Shown piece after piece: positions 8,295 through 18,017 of a stretch of 64,000 bases of DNA. How positions within the stretch are numbered: the stretch's first letter is position 1; each line of letters opens with the position of its first letter. The stretch covers positions 24,849 through 88,848 of the forward strand of contig JACPXZ010000029.1 of the NCBI GenBank assembly GCA_016196225.1, read 5' to 3'. The position numbers and the translations under genes are program-made. A model generated the notes under the pieces. That model worked only from the letters and a program-made list of their open reading frames with translations. It was not told the origin of the DNA and did not search any database. Origin of the DNA: Candidatus Peregrinibacteria bacterium. GTDB lineage: Bacteria > Patescibacteriota > Gracilibacteria > Peribacterales > Peribacteraceae.

Positions 8295-9135
8295 TTAGTC
8301 CTTTCATTAGTGCGTGGCAATGACGCCCACGCATGGTGGGGAGAAAACTGATTACACGGTACGCATACCATTTCCACCCCCGTGGGATGCGATCGAATGC
8401 GGGGATGAGGGTTTCCATATGTCGAAGTGATGTGCCGATGGTTTGCATACGCGTGAGGGAATCGTTGAGTTCAATCCGATGGTGATGAAGGGAGCGGGCA
8501 TCGGGTTGATAAAAAAGGTGAATACCGGCATCTCTCAAACGTATCCCCCATTCGGTATCTTCCCACCCATAGAGAGTCATATCTTCACGGAACGGGAAAC
8601 GATTGGCGACCTTCCACGGGAGGCTTAAGTGACTTGCATAGGTGAAGCGATGCTGAAGAGATGGAGGAATAAAGTCGTGAGCATGCTTTTTGATTTTTGA
8701 ATACCCAAACTGCCAACCGGTCTCCTCGAGCCACCTCATGACGGGAGTAATGCCTACATGGGGATCCCACATAGTGGAACCCAATATTGCGCATTCACCA
8801 TTTTTCATTCTACATTCTTCATTCGTACGTAAATGCTTTTCACACGCATCCTTCTGTAGAAAAATATCATCTCCAATAAAAAGAACGATCTTCCCTCGTG
8901 CCTTTTGAACTCCCGCGTTCCGGGCAGCGCCTTGTTGTGATTTAGGGATGGAAAAATATTGCAGGGGGAAGGACCAGGAGAGATTCTGAATCATTTCGGC
9001 CGTGCGGTCGTCCGGGCCGTCACTCACTACCACGACCTCCAGTTTTTCCCGAACGGTTTGTTTTTCAATATGATCGAGCGTGCGTCGGAGGATTTGGGGG
9101 CGGTGGTGGGTGGGGATCACAATGCTCAAGTCCAT
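8287..9135 (-). CDS. Glycosyltransferase family 2
   Basis: The sequence reads MDLSIVIPTHHRPQILRRTLDHIEKQT..EVVVVSDGPDD..ARNAGVQKARGKIVLFIGDDI. Confidence 0.85.
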   Translation of the reverse strand: MDLSIVIPTHHRPQILRRTLDHIEKQTVREKLEVVVVSDGPDDRTAEMIQNLSWSFPLQYFSIPKSQQGAARNAGVQKARGKIVLFIGDDIFLQKDACEKHLRTNEECRMKNGECAILGSTMWDPHVGITPVMRWLEETGWQFGYSKIKKHAHDFIPPSLQHRFTYASHLSLPWKVANRFPFREDMTLYGWEDTEWGIRLRDAGIHLFYQPDARSLHHHRIELNDSLTRMQTIGTSLRHMETLIPAFDRIPRGWKWYAYRVISFLPTMRGRHCHALMKGLTK

Positions 9136-9162
9136 AGCGATAGTTTATGCTACCGTTTCGGC

Positions 9163-9762
9163 ATGCGCATTCTCTTTATCGATGTGGCATCTCATGATGG
9201 GTTGATCGCTCTTTGCACGGAGGAGGCCATTATTGCATTGAAAAACGTCGATCATCGGATCCAGGATGATGAACTGGTAACGTTTTTTGAGGAGATTCTT
9301 AAGAAAACGAAGTGGAAACCCGAAACGTTGACGCATATTGCCTGTGTGATTGGCCCCGGCGGATTCACGAGTCTGCGGGTGGGGGTGGCATTTGCGAATG
9401 CGCTTTCGTGGGCTCTGGAGATCCCGATTGTCGGGATTCATCTGTCGGATATTTATAGAGAGCGGCAAGCGGTAAGCAGCAAGAAAGAAGCAAATTTCCT
9501 CTGGCTTCATTCCACAAAAAAACACGAACTCTTTGTCCGTGGATTTGGTTCGTATCAAAAAAATTGGCCAAAACCAATTCATGTTCGGTTGGAAGAAGTT
9601 CCAAATGACATTTGTTGGGTCGGTGAGCTTTTGCCGGAACATATACAGAAAGGATGGCTCAATGTTCCCCTTAAAGATATCAGGGATGTTTTACCGGGGT
9701 TTCTTTCGCATCAGCATTATACAAACCAGACAGTCGCTGCGTGGTATGGCAGGGAGGGGTAG
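9163..9762 (+). CDS. tsaB: tRNA threonylcarbamoyladenosine biosynthesis protein TsaB (YeaZ)
   Basis: The sequence reads MRILFIDVASHDGLIALC..IACVIGPGGFTSLRVGVAFANALSWALEIPIVGI. ATG 9163 is in frame within ORF 8959..9762. Confidence 0.85.
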   Translation: MRILFIDVASHDGLIALCTEEAIIALKNVDHRIQDDELVTFFEEILKKTKWKPETLTHIACVIGPGGFTSLRVGVAFANALSWALEIPIVGIHLSDIYRERQAVSSKKEANFLWLHSTKKHELFVRGFGSYQKNWPKPIHVRLEEVPNDICWVGELLPEHIQKGWLNVPLKDIRDVLPGFLSHQHYTNQTVAAWYGREG

Positions 9763-9776
9763 CCTATACTTCCCTC

Positions 9777-12440
9777 GTGTCTTTTATCGATACCCTTAAT
9801 CGGCTGCTTGGAGACCCGAACGAGAAGGAGCTGCGGGCGATTCGCCGGTTGGTTCCGGCGATCCGCGAGTGGGAGAAGTCTGATGCATTCCAAAACCTTA
9901 CCCTTGATGTGATCCCTCGCAAAACTCAGGAATTCCGCGATCGTATTGCTGCGGGGACAGAGCTTGATGATCTTCTGCCGGAGGCCTTTGCATTGGTGTG
10001 CCGGACATGTGCCCTGATTCAGGGAAAGACCGTTTTGGTTGGCGCACAAGAATTTGTATGGGATATGGTGCCGTTTGATGTGCAGCTTGTGGGAGGAGTC
10101 GTGCTCCATCGCGGGGCCATTGCGGAGATGAAGACCGGAGAAGGGAAAACATTGGTGTGTACGATGCCGGTATATCTTAACGCGCTTATGGAGAAAGGCG
10201 TGCATGTGGTGACGGTGAACGATTATCTCGCACGCCGTGATGCCGCGTGGATGGGGATGCTTTACGAAGCATTGGGACTCACGATTGGGACTGTTCGGCA
10301 TGGCATGGGGACCAATGAGCGACAAGCGGCATATGGATGTGATGTAACGTATGGGACGAATAATGAATTTGGTTTTGACTATCTGCGCGATAACATGGCG
10401 CCGGCTCTGGAACATCAAGTTCAGCAAGGGGCAAATCCGCTCAAACCGAAGGGGCTCACGTATGCCATTGTGGACGAAGTGGATTCGATCCTTGTCGATG
10501 AAGCGCGGACTCCATTGATTATTTCGCAACCGGCTGACGAATCGACCGAAAAGTATGTGCGGTATGCATCTCTTGTCCGTGAGTTACGGGAGAACAGAGA
10601 TTTTAACAAGGATGAAAAGCAGCGAGCGGTCACATTAACCGAAGAGGGTGTTAAAAAAATGGAGTCTTTACTCGGGGTGGAGAACATTTATACGGAACGG
10701 GGTTTTCAGGAAGTGCATCATATTGAACAGGCGCTTCGTGCGCATGGCATTTATCAACGCGATACCGATTATGTGATAAAGGATGGAGAAGTGATCATTG
10801 TCGATGAGTTTACGGGTCGCCTTATGCCGGGGCGGCGTTTTGGTCATGGTCTTCATCAGGCGATCGAAGCTAAGGAAGGAGTACCGGTTCAACGTGAGAG
10901 TAAAACACTTGCGACGATCACGTTCCAAAATTATTTTCGTCTTTATAAAAAACTTGCCGGCATGACGGGGACGGCTAAAACAGAAGAAGAAGAATTCGAG
11001 TCGATTTACCGTCTCCGGGTGGTTGTCATCCCTACGCACAAGACATGCGTACGCAGTGATAAACCGGATGCGGTATATCGGACGGTTGCCGCTAAGTTCG
11101 CGGCTGCCGCACGTATTGCGAAAGAGAAGCATGCTAAAGGTCAACCGGTTCTTATCGGGACGACATCCATTGAAAAGTCAGAAGCGATGAGTGCACTTCT
11201 TACCAAAGAAGAGATTCCGCATCAGGTTCTCAATGCCAAACACCACGAACAAGAAGCGGAAATCGTGGCAAAAGCCGGAACACGTGGTGCGGTGACGATT
11301 GCAACCAACATGGCGGGTCGCGGGACGGATATTAAATTGGGTTCGGAGGTGGCGGAGCTTGGGGGGTTATGCGTGCTCGGGACGGAACGGCACGAAGCGC
11401 GTCGTATTGATAACCAATTGCGGGGCCGATCCGGCCGTCAGGGGGATCTAGGAGAGAGTCAGTTTTTTGTATCCATGGAAGACGAATTGATGCGATTATT
11501 CGGCGGAGATCGTCTGAAGAGCATGATGGAACGGTTACAAGTGCCGGATGATGTGCCCCTTGAAAATCGAATCGTATCCCGATCGATCGAGAGCGCACAA
11601 AAAAAGGTGGAAGGGCGGAATTTCGATCTGCGACGGCATGTGCTGCAGTATGACAATGTCATGAACAAACACCGAGAAATTATTTATCGCAGGCGGCAGA
11701 ATATTTTGGAAAAAATAGGACATGTTGGAGACAGTGATGGAGAGGATCATCCATTGCATGACAATATTGAGCGGGCCATGGCAAAAGAAATGCAGATTCT
11801 TGTAGGCATCCATGGTCGGGATATTGATCCGGAAAAATGGAACATACAGGAAATGGAGGAACACATGCATGCATTGCATCCGGATCTTGGAAAGAAATGT
11901 ACGCGCGAATATATTCAGTCTTTTGATGATCCGGATCGTCTTACAGATATGCTTCGGGAAGCAGTCCGATGTTTTTATCGCGACAAATGCATGACATATC
12001 CCAAGGAGATCGTGAACCGCGCAGAAGAATTGATAACACTCAGAGCAATCGATACCCACTGGATGTCTCATATCGATGACATGGCGCATTTGCGCGAACA
12101 GGTGGCATTTGCCGGATTTGCCCAGCGCGATCCGCTTATCGAGTACCAGGATCAGGGATTCCGGAGGTTTGAACAGCTGCTTGCTGCGACTGATGGCACG
12201 GTTGTTCGGGCGCTTTTGCAGGTGGATTTTGGACAGTTCATGACGCACGCATTTACCGATCGCACGGAGGATGAAGTGAAAAATGTGGAGACAAATGAAG
12301 GGGAGATCGAAGCTGGTTTAACAGCAAAAATCCCCCGTCCGACCGCGGCCGGGAAGGCAAATTCCAATCGAAAGGTAGGACGTAACGATCCTTGTCCCTG
12401 TGGATCGGGAAAGAAACATAAGAAGTGTCATGGTCTATGA
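9777..12440 (+). CDS. secA: Preprotein translocase ATPase SecA
   Basis: The sequence is SecA throughout (MKTGEGKTLV.., GRRFGHGLHQAIEAKEG, TNMAGRGTDIKLG, C-terminal Zn motif CPCGSGKKHKKCHG). I chose the GTG at 9777 because it follows the tsaB stop and has aGGGAGGGG upstream. The GTG at 9741 is also possible. Confidence 0.95.
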   Translation: MSFIDTLNRLLGDPNEKELRAIRRLVPAIREWEKSDAFQNLTLDVIPRKTQEFRDRIAAGTELDDLLPEAFALVCRTCALIQGKTVLVGAQEFVWDMVPFDVQLVGGVVLHRGAIAEMKTGEGKTLVCTMPVYLNALMEKGVHVVTVNDYLARRDAAWMGMLYEALGLTIGTVRHGMGTNERQAAYGCDVTYGTNNEFGFDYLRDNMAPALEHQVQQGANPLKPKGLTYAIVDEVDSILVDEARTPLIISQPADESTEKYVRYASLVRELRENRDFNKDEKQRAVTLTEEGVKKMESLLGVENIYTERGFQEVHHIEQALRAHGIYQRDTDYVIKDGEVIIVDEFTGRLMPGRRFGHGLHQAIEAKEGVPVQRESKTLATITFQNYFRLYKKLAGMTGTAKTEEEEFESIYRLRVVVIPTHKTCVRSDKPDAVYRTVAAKFAAAARIAKEKHAKGQPVLIGTTSIEKSEAMSALLTKEEIPHQVLNAKHHEQEAEIVAKAGTRGAVTIATNMAGRGTDIKLGSEVAELGGLCVLGTERHEARRIDNQLRGRSGRQGDLGESQFFVSMEDELMRLFGGDRLKSMMERLQVPDDVPLENRIVSRSIESAQKKVEGRNFDLRRHVLQYDNVMNKHREIIYRRRQNILEKIGHVGDSDGEDHPLHDNIERAMAKEMQILVGIHGRDIDPEKWNIQEMEEHMHALHPDLGKKCTREYIQSFDDPDRLTDMLREAVRCFYRDKCMTYPKEIVNRAEELITLRAIDTHWMSHIDDMAHLREQVAFAGFAQRDPLIEYQDQGFRRFEQLLAATDGTVVRALLQVDFGQFMTHAFTDRTEDEVKNVETNEGEIEAGLTAKIPRPTAAGKANSNRKVGRNDPCPCGSGKKHKKCHGL

Positions 12441-13405
12441 GTATTGTCGGTCACACAGAACAACTGGCACAACTGGAACAGGATATTGTGACGAACAACA
12501 TTGCTCATGCATATCTCTTTAGCGGGCCGCGACATATCGGGAAACTTACCATTGCCAAATGGTTTGGAAAAAAAATTCTCTCCATAGGTCAATCTGTGGA
12601 GGAAGCGAGATATACGGAAAAACAATGTGATCGCCTGATTCATCCGGATTTTCTTTTGCTGGATATGTTGTGGGTGCAGAAACTATCAGAAGACTGGGAT
12701 ACCATCGCCCGTTTTTCCAATGTACCCCAGCAACATCGTGCCAAACCGAAGCCAAAGACGACCGATACCATAAGCATCGAAGACATTCGCGCCATTCAGG
12801 AACGGCTACCTGATACTGCTATCGGAGAATTCCGCATATGCATCATTCGCTCTGCAGAGCGAATGCAGGAAGCCGCTGCCAGCGCGCTCCTTAAAATGTT
12901 AGAGGAACCGTTGCCCGGCAGAATATTTATTCTGACGACAGAGTCGATCGGTTCGCTTTTACCGACAGTAGAGTCAAGGGTTCGTCGATTACATTTTGGG
13001 CGCGTATGCGCGAAGAATATGTTGCCTCTTGTTGATGGGATGACGGAGGATGAGCAACGCTTTCTCCTATATCTTGCACAGGGGGCCCCCGGTGTTCTTA
13101 CCTGTTATCGGGAAAATCCGGATGCTTTGCGTGATGCGCGCATGCTCCATGAGCGGGCTCGTTCTTTTTGGAAGACGGTGTCTTGCCAAGAACGAATGAA
13201 ACTGCTCGATATATTGGCAGAGCGTTCCAGCATCTCCAATGAATTTCTCATCTCCATCGGTCTTGCACTTCGTGAAACACGACCACCGTTCTTTGTTCGG
13301 GCAGCAAAAGCATATTCCAAACTCGTTTTTGGGTTACAAAGTAATACGAATCGGCCGCTTCTCCTCCAACAGTTTGCACTGGGAGTTTCGCAAGAATTAC
13401 AGTAG
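12437..13405 (+). CDS. holB: DNA polymerase III delta-prime subunit
   Basis: The sequence reads MSIVGHTEQLAQLEQDIVTNNIAHAYLFSGPRHIGKLTIA..ALLKMLEEP. Its start overlaps the secA stop as ATGA. Confidence 0.85.
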   Translation: MSIVGHTEQLAQLEQDIVTNNIAHAYLFSGPRHIGKLTIAKWFGKKILSIGQSVEEARYTEKQCDRLIHPDFLLLDMLWVQKLSEDWDTIARFSNVPQQHRAKPKPKTTDTISIEDIRAIQERLPDTAIGEFRICIIRSAERMQEAAASALLKMLEEPLPGRIFILTTESIGSLLPTVESRVRRLHFGRVCAKNMLPLVDGMTEDEQRFLLYLAQGAPGVLTCYRENPDALRDARMLHERARSFWKTVSCQERMKLLDILAERSSISNEFLISIGLALRETRPPFFVRAAKAYSKLVFGLQSNTNRPLLLQQFALGVSQELQ

Positions 13406-13406
13406 C

Positions 13407-14741
13407 ATGGGTATTATGGACGTACGGTACAAGATATGTGGTGGTATCCCCTTGCAGGGAGAAGTGACGGTTAGCGGATCCAAGAATGCGGCGCTTCCGC
13501 TCATTGCCGCTACGCTCCTCATCACAGAAGAGGAAACGGTTTTCACAAACGTTCCGGACATTCGCGACGTCCGGTCGATGATCAATATTTTGGAGTTTTT
13601 GGGTGCTGATGTTACTTTCGAAGCAGGGACGCTCCGTATATCAGCACGGGATATAAAAAATCGTCCGTTGCCCGGTGATCTTGTATCCCGATTCCGGGCA
13701 TCGATCCTCCTCCTCGGTCCCCTTTTGGCACGTTTTGGTGTTGTCAGCATGGCGTATCCGGGTGGTTGTGTCCTTGGCAAGCGTTCCATTGATGCCCATA
13801 TCGCGGTCTTTGAACAACTGGGTGCACGAAATATGAGTACGGAGGATACGTTGCACTTGCAGGGAACACTGACACCAACACACATCACGTTACCGGAGTT
13901 TTCAGTTACCGCGACGGAGAATGCCATTCTTGCGGCATCTATTCTCCCGGGTGAGACTCGGATCGATCTTGCCGCATGTGAGCCGCATGTACAGGATCTC
14001 TGCCGTTTTTTGGTCAAACGAGGAGTCACTATCGCCGGTACGGGATCGCATGTGTTATGTGTACGAGGGGTGCCATCACTTTTTTCTTCATCTCCTCACC
14101 GCATCATTCCGGATGATTTGGAAATCGGTGTCATGGTGGCGGCGGCACTCACCACACGAGGAACGATTGTTCTCCAGGATGTGTGCAAAGAGCATCTGGT
14201 CAGTTTTCTCGAAGTCGTGCGTCGTATAGGAGGACAGTTTTCCTATGATGAAAACACGAAGAAGCTCCGGGTAGACGGTGCGGAGTCCCGACTTAAGAGT
14301 GTGCACATTAAAACGAATATATTCCCCGGTTTTCCAACGGATCTTCTGCCCCCGATGGGTGTGGTATTGACCCAGGCGCTGGGAGTGACCCGATTATTTG
14401 AGCGACTCTACGAAGGACGGATGGCCTATCTTTATGAGCTCGAAAAGATGGGTGCTCATGTCGAGTTTTTGAATGTGCACCAAGCGTTGATCATAGGACC
14501 GACAGAGCTGCGCGGGCGCATCGTTGCCAGTAACGATATCCGAGCCGGAGCGGCAATGGTTGTGGCTGGGTTAACGGCGGATGGAGAGACAGTCATCACC
14601 GATGTTCAGTACATTGAGCGAGGATATGATCGGCTGCATGAGAAGTTGCAAAAGCTGGGAGCAAATATTGAGCGCCAAGAGGGAGAATCCCAAGGAAAAA
14701 ATCGCAATATCAGACCTGTCCCCTTGATTCTTCGGTCATAA
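13407..14741 (+). CDS. murA: UDP-N-acetylglucosamine 1-carboxyvinyltransferase MurA
   Basis: The sequence reads ..GGIPLQGEVTVSGSKNAALPLIAATLL..AYPGGCVLGKRSIDAHI..FPGFPTDLLPPM..IRAGAAMVVAGLTADGETV. An alternative ATG lies 9 nt downstream. Confidence 0.93.
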   Translation: MGIMDVRYKICGGIPLQGEVTVSGSKNAALPLIAATLLITEEETVFTNVPDIRDVRSMINILEFLGADVTFEAGTLRISARDIKNRPLPGDLVSRFRASILLLGPLLARFGVVSMAYPGGCVLGKRSIDAHIAVFEQLGARNMSTEDTLHLQGTLTPTHITLPEFSVTATENAILAASILPGETRIDLAACEPHVQDLCRFLVKRGVTIAGTGSHVLCVRGVPSLFSSSPHRIIPDDLEIGVMVAAALTTRGTIVLQDVCKEHLVSFLEVVRRIGGQFSYDENTKKLRVDGAESRLKSVHIKTNIFPGFPTDLLPPMGVVLTQALGVTRLFERLYEGRMAYLYELEKMGAHVEFLNVHQALIIGPTELRGRIVASNDIRAGAAMVVAGLTADGETVITDVQYIERGYDRLHEKLQKLGANIERQEGESQGKNRNIRPVPLILRS

Positions 14742-14757
14742 TTCTTAATCTGTTCGT

Positions 14758-15288
14758 ATGCTTGTCTTTGCCGCTCAAAAAGATGCCGGGATCCAGTGTA
14801 CCGGTGGCCAGCAGCCACTTTTGGTATACCCCTCCGGGAGCAGCGATCCCAAAGGGGTGACTCTCCTTGGGATTCCGGAGGAGCAGCCACGAGCGAAGGT
14901 ATTTTCGTGGCCGGGAGAATATAACAGTGCGGGGATGACTTTGCGGGGGATTGGTCACACCGAGGGGCGGCAGGTATCTTTTGTAGCCGTGATCAATAGC
15001 GTCCGGTGTGCGTTTATTTCTTCTCCCCTCCATGAGTGGACTGATCACGAACTGGAGCTTCTGGGAGATATTGCGGTTCTCGTTGTTCCCGCTGAAAAAC
15101 CGAAGATACTTCAAAAAATCATTGATGAGGTGGATCCGCGGGTGTTGGTGTTGGTCCCGGCAGGAGGCAAGATGGATCCGGAAGTGTTGAGTGTCTGCGG
15201 AGCAAAGACCGTCGATCCGGTTTCGGAATATAAATTGAAAGGAGCACTGCCGGCCGAAGGACGGGAAGTGGTGATATTGAAGAACTAG
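14758..15288 (+). CDS. Hypothetical protein (weak resemblance to MBL-fold/Lactamase_B_3-like proteins; no HxHxDH motif seen)
   Basis: The + strand ORF has plausible composition (..VFSWPGEYNSAGMTLRGIG..). The overlapping minus-strand ORF 14710..15291 looks like a shadow ORF. Confidence 0.45.
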   Translation: MLVFAAQKDAGIQCTGGQQPLLVYPSGSSDPKGVTLLGIPEEQPRAKVFSWPGEYNSAGMTLRGIGHTEGRQVSFVAVINSVRCAFISSPLHEWTDHELELLGDIAVLVVPAEKPKILQKIIDEVDPRVLVLVPAGGKMDPEVLSVCGAKTVDPVSEYKLKGALPAEGREVVILKN

Positions 15289-15331
15289 CATATAGCATCA
15301 TTGGTATCGTTCACCTAAGCTCTGAGGGAGC

Positions 15332-15406
15332 GGTCCCATAGTTCAACGGATAGAACGACCCTCTCCTAAGGGGTAAATGTAGGTTCAATTCCTACTGGGA
15401 CCACCA
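15332..15406 (+). tRNA. tRNA-Arg (anticodon CCU), CCA encoded
   Basis: A manual cloverleaf fits: GGUCCCA-UA-GUUC-AACGGAUA-GAAC-G-ACCCU-CUCCUAA-GGGGU-AAAU-GUAGG-UUCAAUU-CCUAC-UGGGACC-A-CCA. Confidence 0.92.
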
Positions 15407-15439
15407 TTTCTTAAAGAGAGTTGGTGATATCGCTCCCAT

Positions 15440-15473
15440 AAAAAATCCCGACTCCTCTTTGCAGAGGAGCCGG
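15440..15473 (-). terminator. Intrinsic terminator of the 15500..16063 gene
   Basis: The minus strand reads ccggctcctct-gcaa-agaggagtcggg followed by attttttat. Confidence 0.65.
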
Positions 15474-15499
15474 ATGAAGAGAGAGTTCCCGTGGACAAG

Positions 15500-16063
15500 T
15501 TAGAAGGTCTGAGATTGAGGGACCAACTCGGCGGGTGAGAGCACCGTCGGGGCTGGTGCGATCTCCTGTTTTGCAAGGAGAGTGCGGATCGCAGGGAGGA
15601 GCTCTTCCCCATCCTCGACGCCGAGGAGTTCGCACGCCGTTTCGAAATCTTCGCAACAGATGACGGCGTAGGCGAGTTGGTCCTGCATCGAGTAGCCGGG
15701 GACGTCGATCAGCGCCTTTATGACCGACAAGTGAACTTGAGCCAGATCCTCTCCCCTTTGCCATGCCGATCGCTCCCTCTCTACGAGGTCAGAGACCATG
15801 CGCGATCGGTGGAGGAGGAGAAGGGAGGCGGAACAGTATGTCCCGACGATGAGCAACGGCAGGACGTAGTCGGCGGCGTTCGGAGAGAGGACGAACATCG
15901 GCTCTGCCCCGAATTTATGAGCGACCGCGACGATGACGGCGTTCCCGACGCTCACGGGCCCGCGGCTCAACGAAGTAGCGATGTCGGGGGCGATCCAGAA
16001 CAGGAAGCCCAACGAGCTGCACAATCCCGTGAGGATCCACAGAAAAATCTTGAGTTTTTGCAT
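15500..16063 (-). CDS. Hypothetical membrane protein
   Basis: It starts MQKLKIFLWILTGLCSSLGFLFWI.., has about 3 TM segments and an acidic soluble C-terminus. It looks more GC-rich than its neighbours by eye. The start could instead be at 16162. Confidence 0.5.
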   Translation of the reverse strand: MQKLKIFLWILTGLCSSLGFLFWIAPDIATSLSRGPVSVGNAVIVAVAHKFGAEPMFVLSPNAADYVLPLLIVGTYCSASLLLLHRSRMVSDLVERERSAWQRGEDLAQVHLSVIKALIDVPGYSMQDQLAYAVICCEDFETACELLGVEDGEELLPAIRTLLAKQEIAPAPTVLSPAELVPQSQTF

Positions 16064-16197
16064 GACGTTTTCCCTTACCTTTCTTGTGAAGGACCATTGG
16101 ATTCTCCCAGAAGTGGGAACTCTCTTTACAAGCTTTATATCATCTAATTGTTGTTTGGTCAAATTACAGCAATCCTCTCTTTTGGTAGTATATATTC

Positions 16198-17883
16198 GTG
16201 CGTTATCCCTTTCTTCTCATTACCGTACTCCTTACGGCAGGGGTGTATACGGCGAGTGTGCTTTTAACGGATGATTCCCGACTTGATTTTACCGACCGGT
16301 CAGCTCTGTATACGGACGCGCCATTTGTAGGCCGTGAGCGTGCGGCAATCAATGTTCTTACCAACTTGGGTGTTATTGCAGGTAATCCCGATGGGAGTTT
16401 TCGGCCCCGTCGCCTCCTCAATCGGGCAGAATTTGTGAAGGTCGCGCTCTTAAGTCACCCGTCCTCCTCTTCTTTTATCTGGGGGCCGATCACGTGTTTC
16501 CCGGACACCCTTCATCAAGATTGGTTTAGTCCATATGTGTGTGCCGCCAAAGAAAAAGGGATTGTCGAAGGATACAGAGACGGATTGTTTCGCCCGGCAC
16601 AACCGGTGACGTACGGTGAAGCGGTAAAAATTCTCACCGTGCTTTATGAATACAGGATTGGACAAACCCACGCGGCTACCGGTCCATGGTACGCGCAATA
16701 TGTCGATGGAGCAGAAACTCGCGGAGTTTTGCTATCCGAATCGCTGCCATACATGAGCTCCCTCACGCGTGGACAAATGGCCCGGTTGGCTGCGGCATTC
16801 CGTGCAGAGTATGAGGGGGAGTTGGATGTATATCGATCAATGGAAAGTGGGGAATCACCAATCACGAAAGATATAAATCACCAATCACCAATCACACAAT
16901 CACCAAATAATTCCCAATCACCAATCATCAATTCTCAGGAATTACCCACTACAAACGAGTCACTACAAACTCTATCTCAAAGCCATTTCCTCCTCCTCGG
17001 TCAGGAGTCTCCTCCCATTGCCGATGGAGTTTTTCGCAGTCCCGGTGAAGATTCGGATATGGTGATCGTACAGGTGATCCTTGATCGAGAGGTCAAGTCC
17101 ATCAACGAACTCGTTATTGTGGATGAGGACGGGGTGGAACTCTCATGGCCGCTCCGGCTGTATGGATTTGACATATACAATAAGACGTTTCGATGGGAAT
17201 TTGAGCAGGGGACGGAGTACATTCTTCCGGCAAATATCGATCGGCGATTTTTTGTGAAGGCAAAATTCTGGGAATTAGGAAATCGTGGTATCTCGGAAGA
17301 GTTGATCGAAATACGCGAGTTTTCCATTGTGCTTCGGGGTCGGGTTTCCAATCAATCTCTACAGCTCTTTGCAAAGGATGCACATTTTCCATTCCATCAG
17401 ACCGTACAGTCACGTATTGATTCGGTGGTTCATGTGGGAGGAGAAACAGGCTCACTGACGGAGGGACGAGGACAGCTCCTCACGTCATTCCAGTTTATCG
17501 TTGCTGATCCGGATCGAGTTGGTGTTCATCTCCGTCACCTGACATTGAGCGTAGATCAATTAGGATTCCGCATGTTGCGTCCGGAACTTGGGCGTGAGGG
17601 GCGACCGGAACGAATCTCCTGCTTTATAGATGGTCTTGATGACGAACTGATTCTTTGTCCAAACCTTCCGGAAGAAATGGGACTTATAAAAGAAGATAAT
17701 ATTATTCTGTCTTTGTTTGCAGATATCGAACGATTACCAGTCTCCGATCGTTATCTTCAAGTACGACTCCATGATCCAGGGGCTGTGGGAAAGATGGGGG
17801 CGATCCAGTGGAGTGATCGGGTGGGGCAATTGACGTGGGTGGAGGGAGAAGCGCCATTGGCTGTGGGGACGATGTGGAAATGA
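16198..17883 (+). CDS. SLH-domain surface protein
   Basis: It has a signal/TM segment and three SLH-like repeats (..GNPDGSFRPRRLLNRAEFVKVAL; ..GYRDGLFRPAQPVTYGEAVKIL; ..LTRGQMARLAAAF). A (Q)SPI linker follows, then a beta-rich C-terminus. The start is GTG. Confidence 0.75.
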   Translation: MRYPFLLITVLLTAGVYTASVLLTDDSRLDFTDRSALYTDAPFVGRERAAINVLTNLGVIAGNPDGSFRPRRLLNRAEFVKVALLSHPSSSSFIWGPITCFPDTLHQDWFSPYVCAAKEKGIVEGYRDGLFRPAQPVTYGEAVKILTVLYEYRIGQTHAATGPWYAQYVDGAETRGVLLSESLPYMSSLTRGQMARLAAAFRAEYEGELDVYRSMESGESPITKDINHQSPITQSPNNSQSPIINSQELPTTNESLQTLSQSHFLLLGQESPPIADGVFRSPGEDSDMVIVQVILDREVKSINELVIVDEDGVELSWPLRLYGFDIYNKTFRWEFEQGTEYILPANIDRRFFVKAKFWELGNRGISEELIEIREFSIVLRGRVSNQSLQLFAKDAHFPFHQTVQSRIDSVVHVGGETGSLTEGRGQLLTSFQFIVADPDRVGVHLRHLTLSVDQLGFRMLRPELGREGRPERISCFIDGLDDELILCPNLPEEMGLIKEDNIILSLFADIERLPVSDRYLQVRLHDPGAVGKMGAIQWSDRVGQLTWVEGEAPLAVGTMWK

Positions 17884-17920
17884 TAAGGGAGACCCTGAAA
17901 AACAACTGCACTTCGATACA

Positions 17921-18014
17921 ATTCCACAAAATTATTCCTACGTCATCCTGAGTGATTTTTCGCTCCAGAGAGCGAAAAATAGTATCGAAGGATCATAGAA
18001 AAATTTTGTGGAAT
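17921..18014. repeat. 94-bp palindromic intergenic element (13-bp terminal inverted repeats around a GTCATCCTG...GTATCGAAGGATCAT core)
   Basis: The arm ATTCCACAAAATT (17921-17933) pairs with AATTTTGTGGAAT (18002-18014). The core spans 17942-17996 and contains the inner hairpin tttttcgctc-caga-gagcgaaaaa. Confidence 0.7.
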
Positions 18015-18017
18015 CAC

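Noticed and set aside
9717-12248. Minus-strand ORFs 9717..10529 (270 aa), 10668..11144 and 11535..12248 (237 aa).
   Set aside because: All are antisense to secA and have low-complexity, Arg/His/Ile-rich composition. They are shadow ORFs.
14710-15291. A 193-aa minus-strand ORF overlapping the 14758..15288 plus-strand ORF.
   Set aside because: Its composition (Arg/His/Pro/Phe-rich) looks non-coding. The plus-strand ORF continues the secA-holB-murA operon direction. The call on either strand remains weak.
15677-16147. A 156-aa plus-strand ORF opposite the 15500..16063 membrane protein.
   Set aside because: The minus-strand product has coherent TM helices and its own terminator at 15440-15473. 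The plus-strand product is Arg/Asp/Pro-rich without features.
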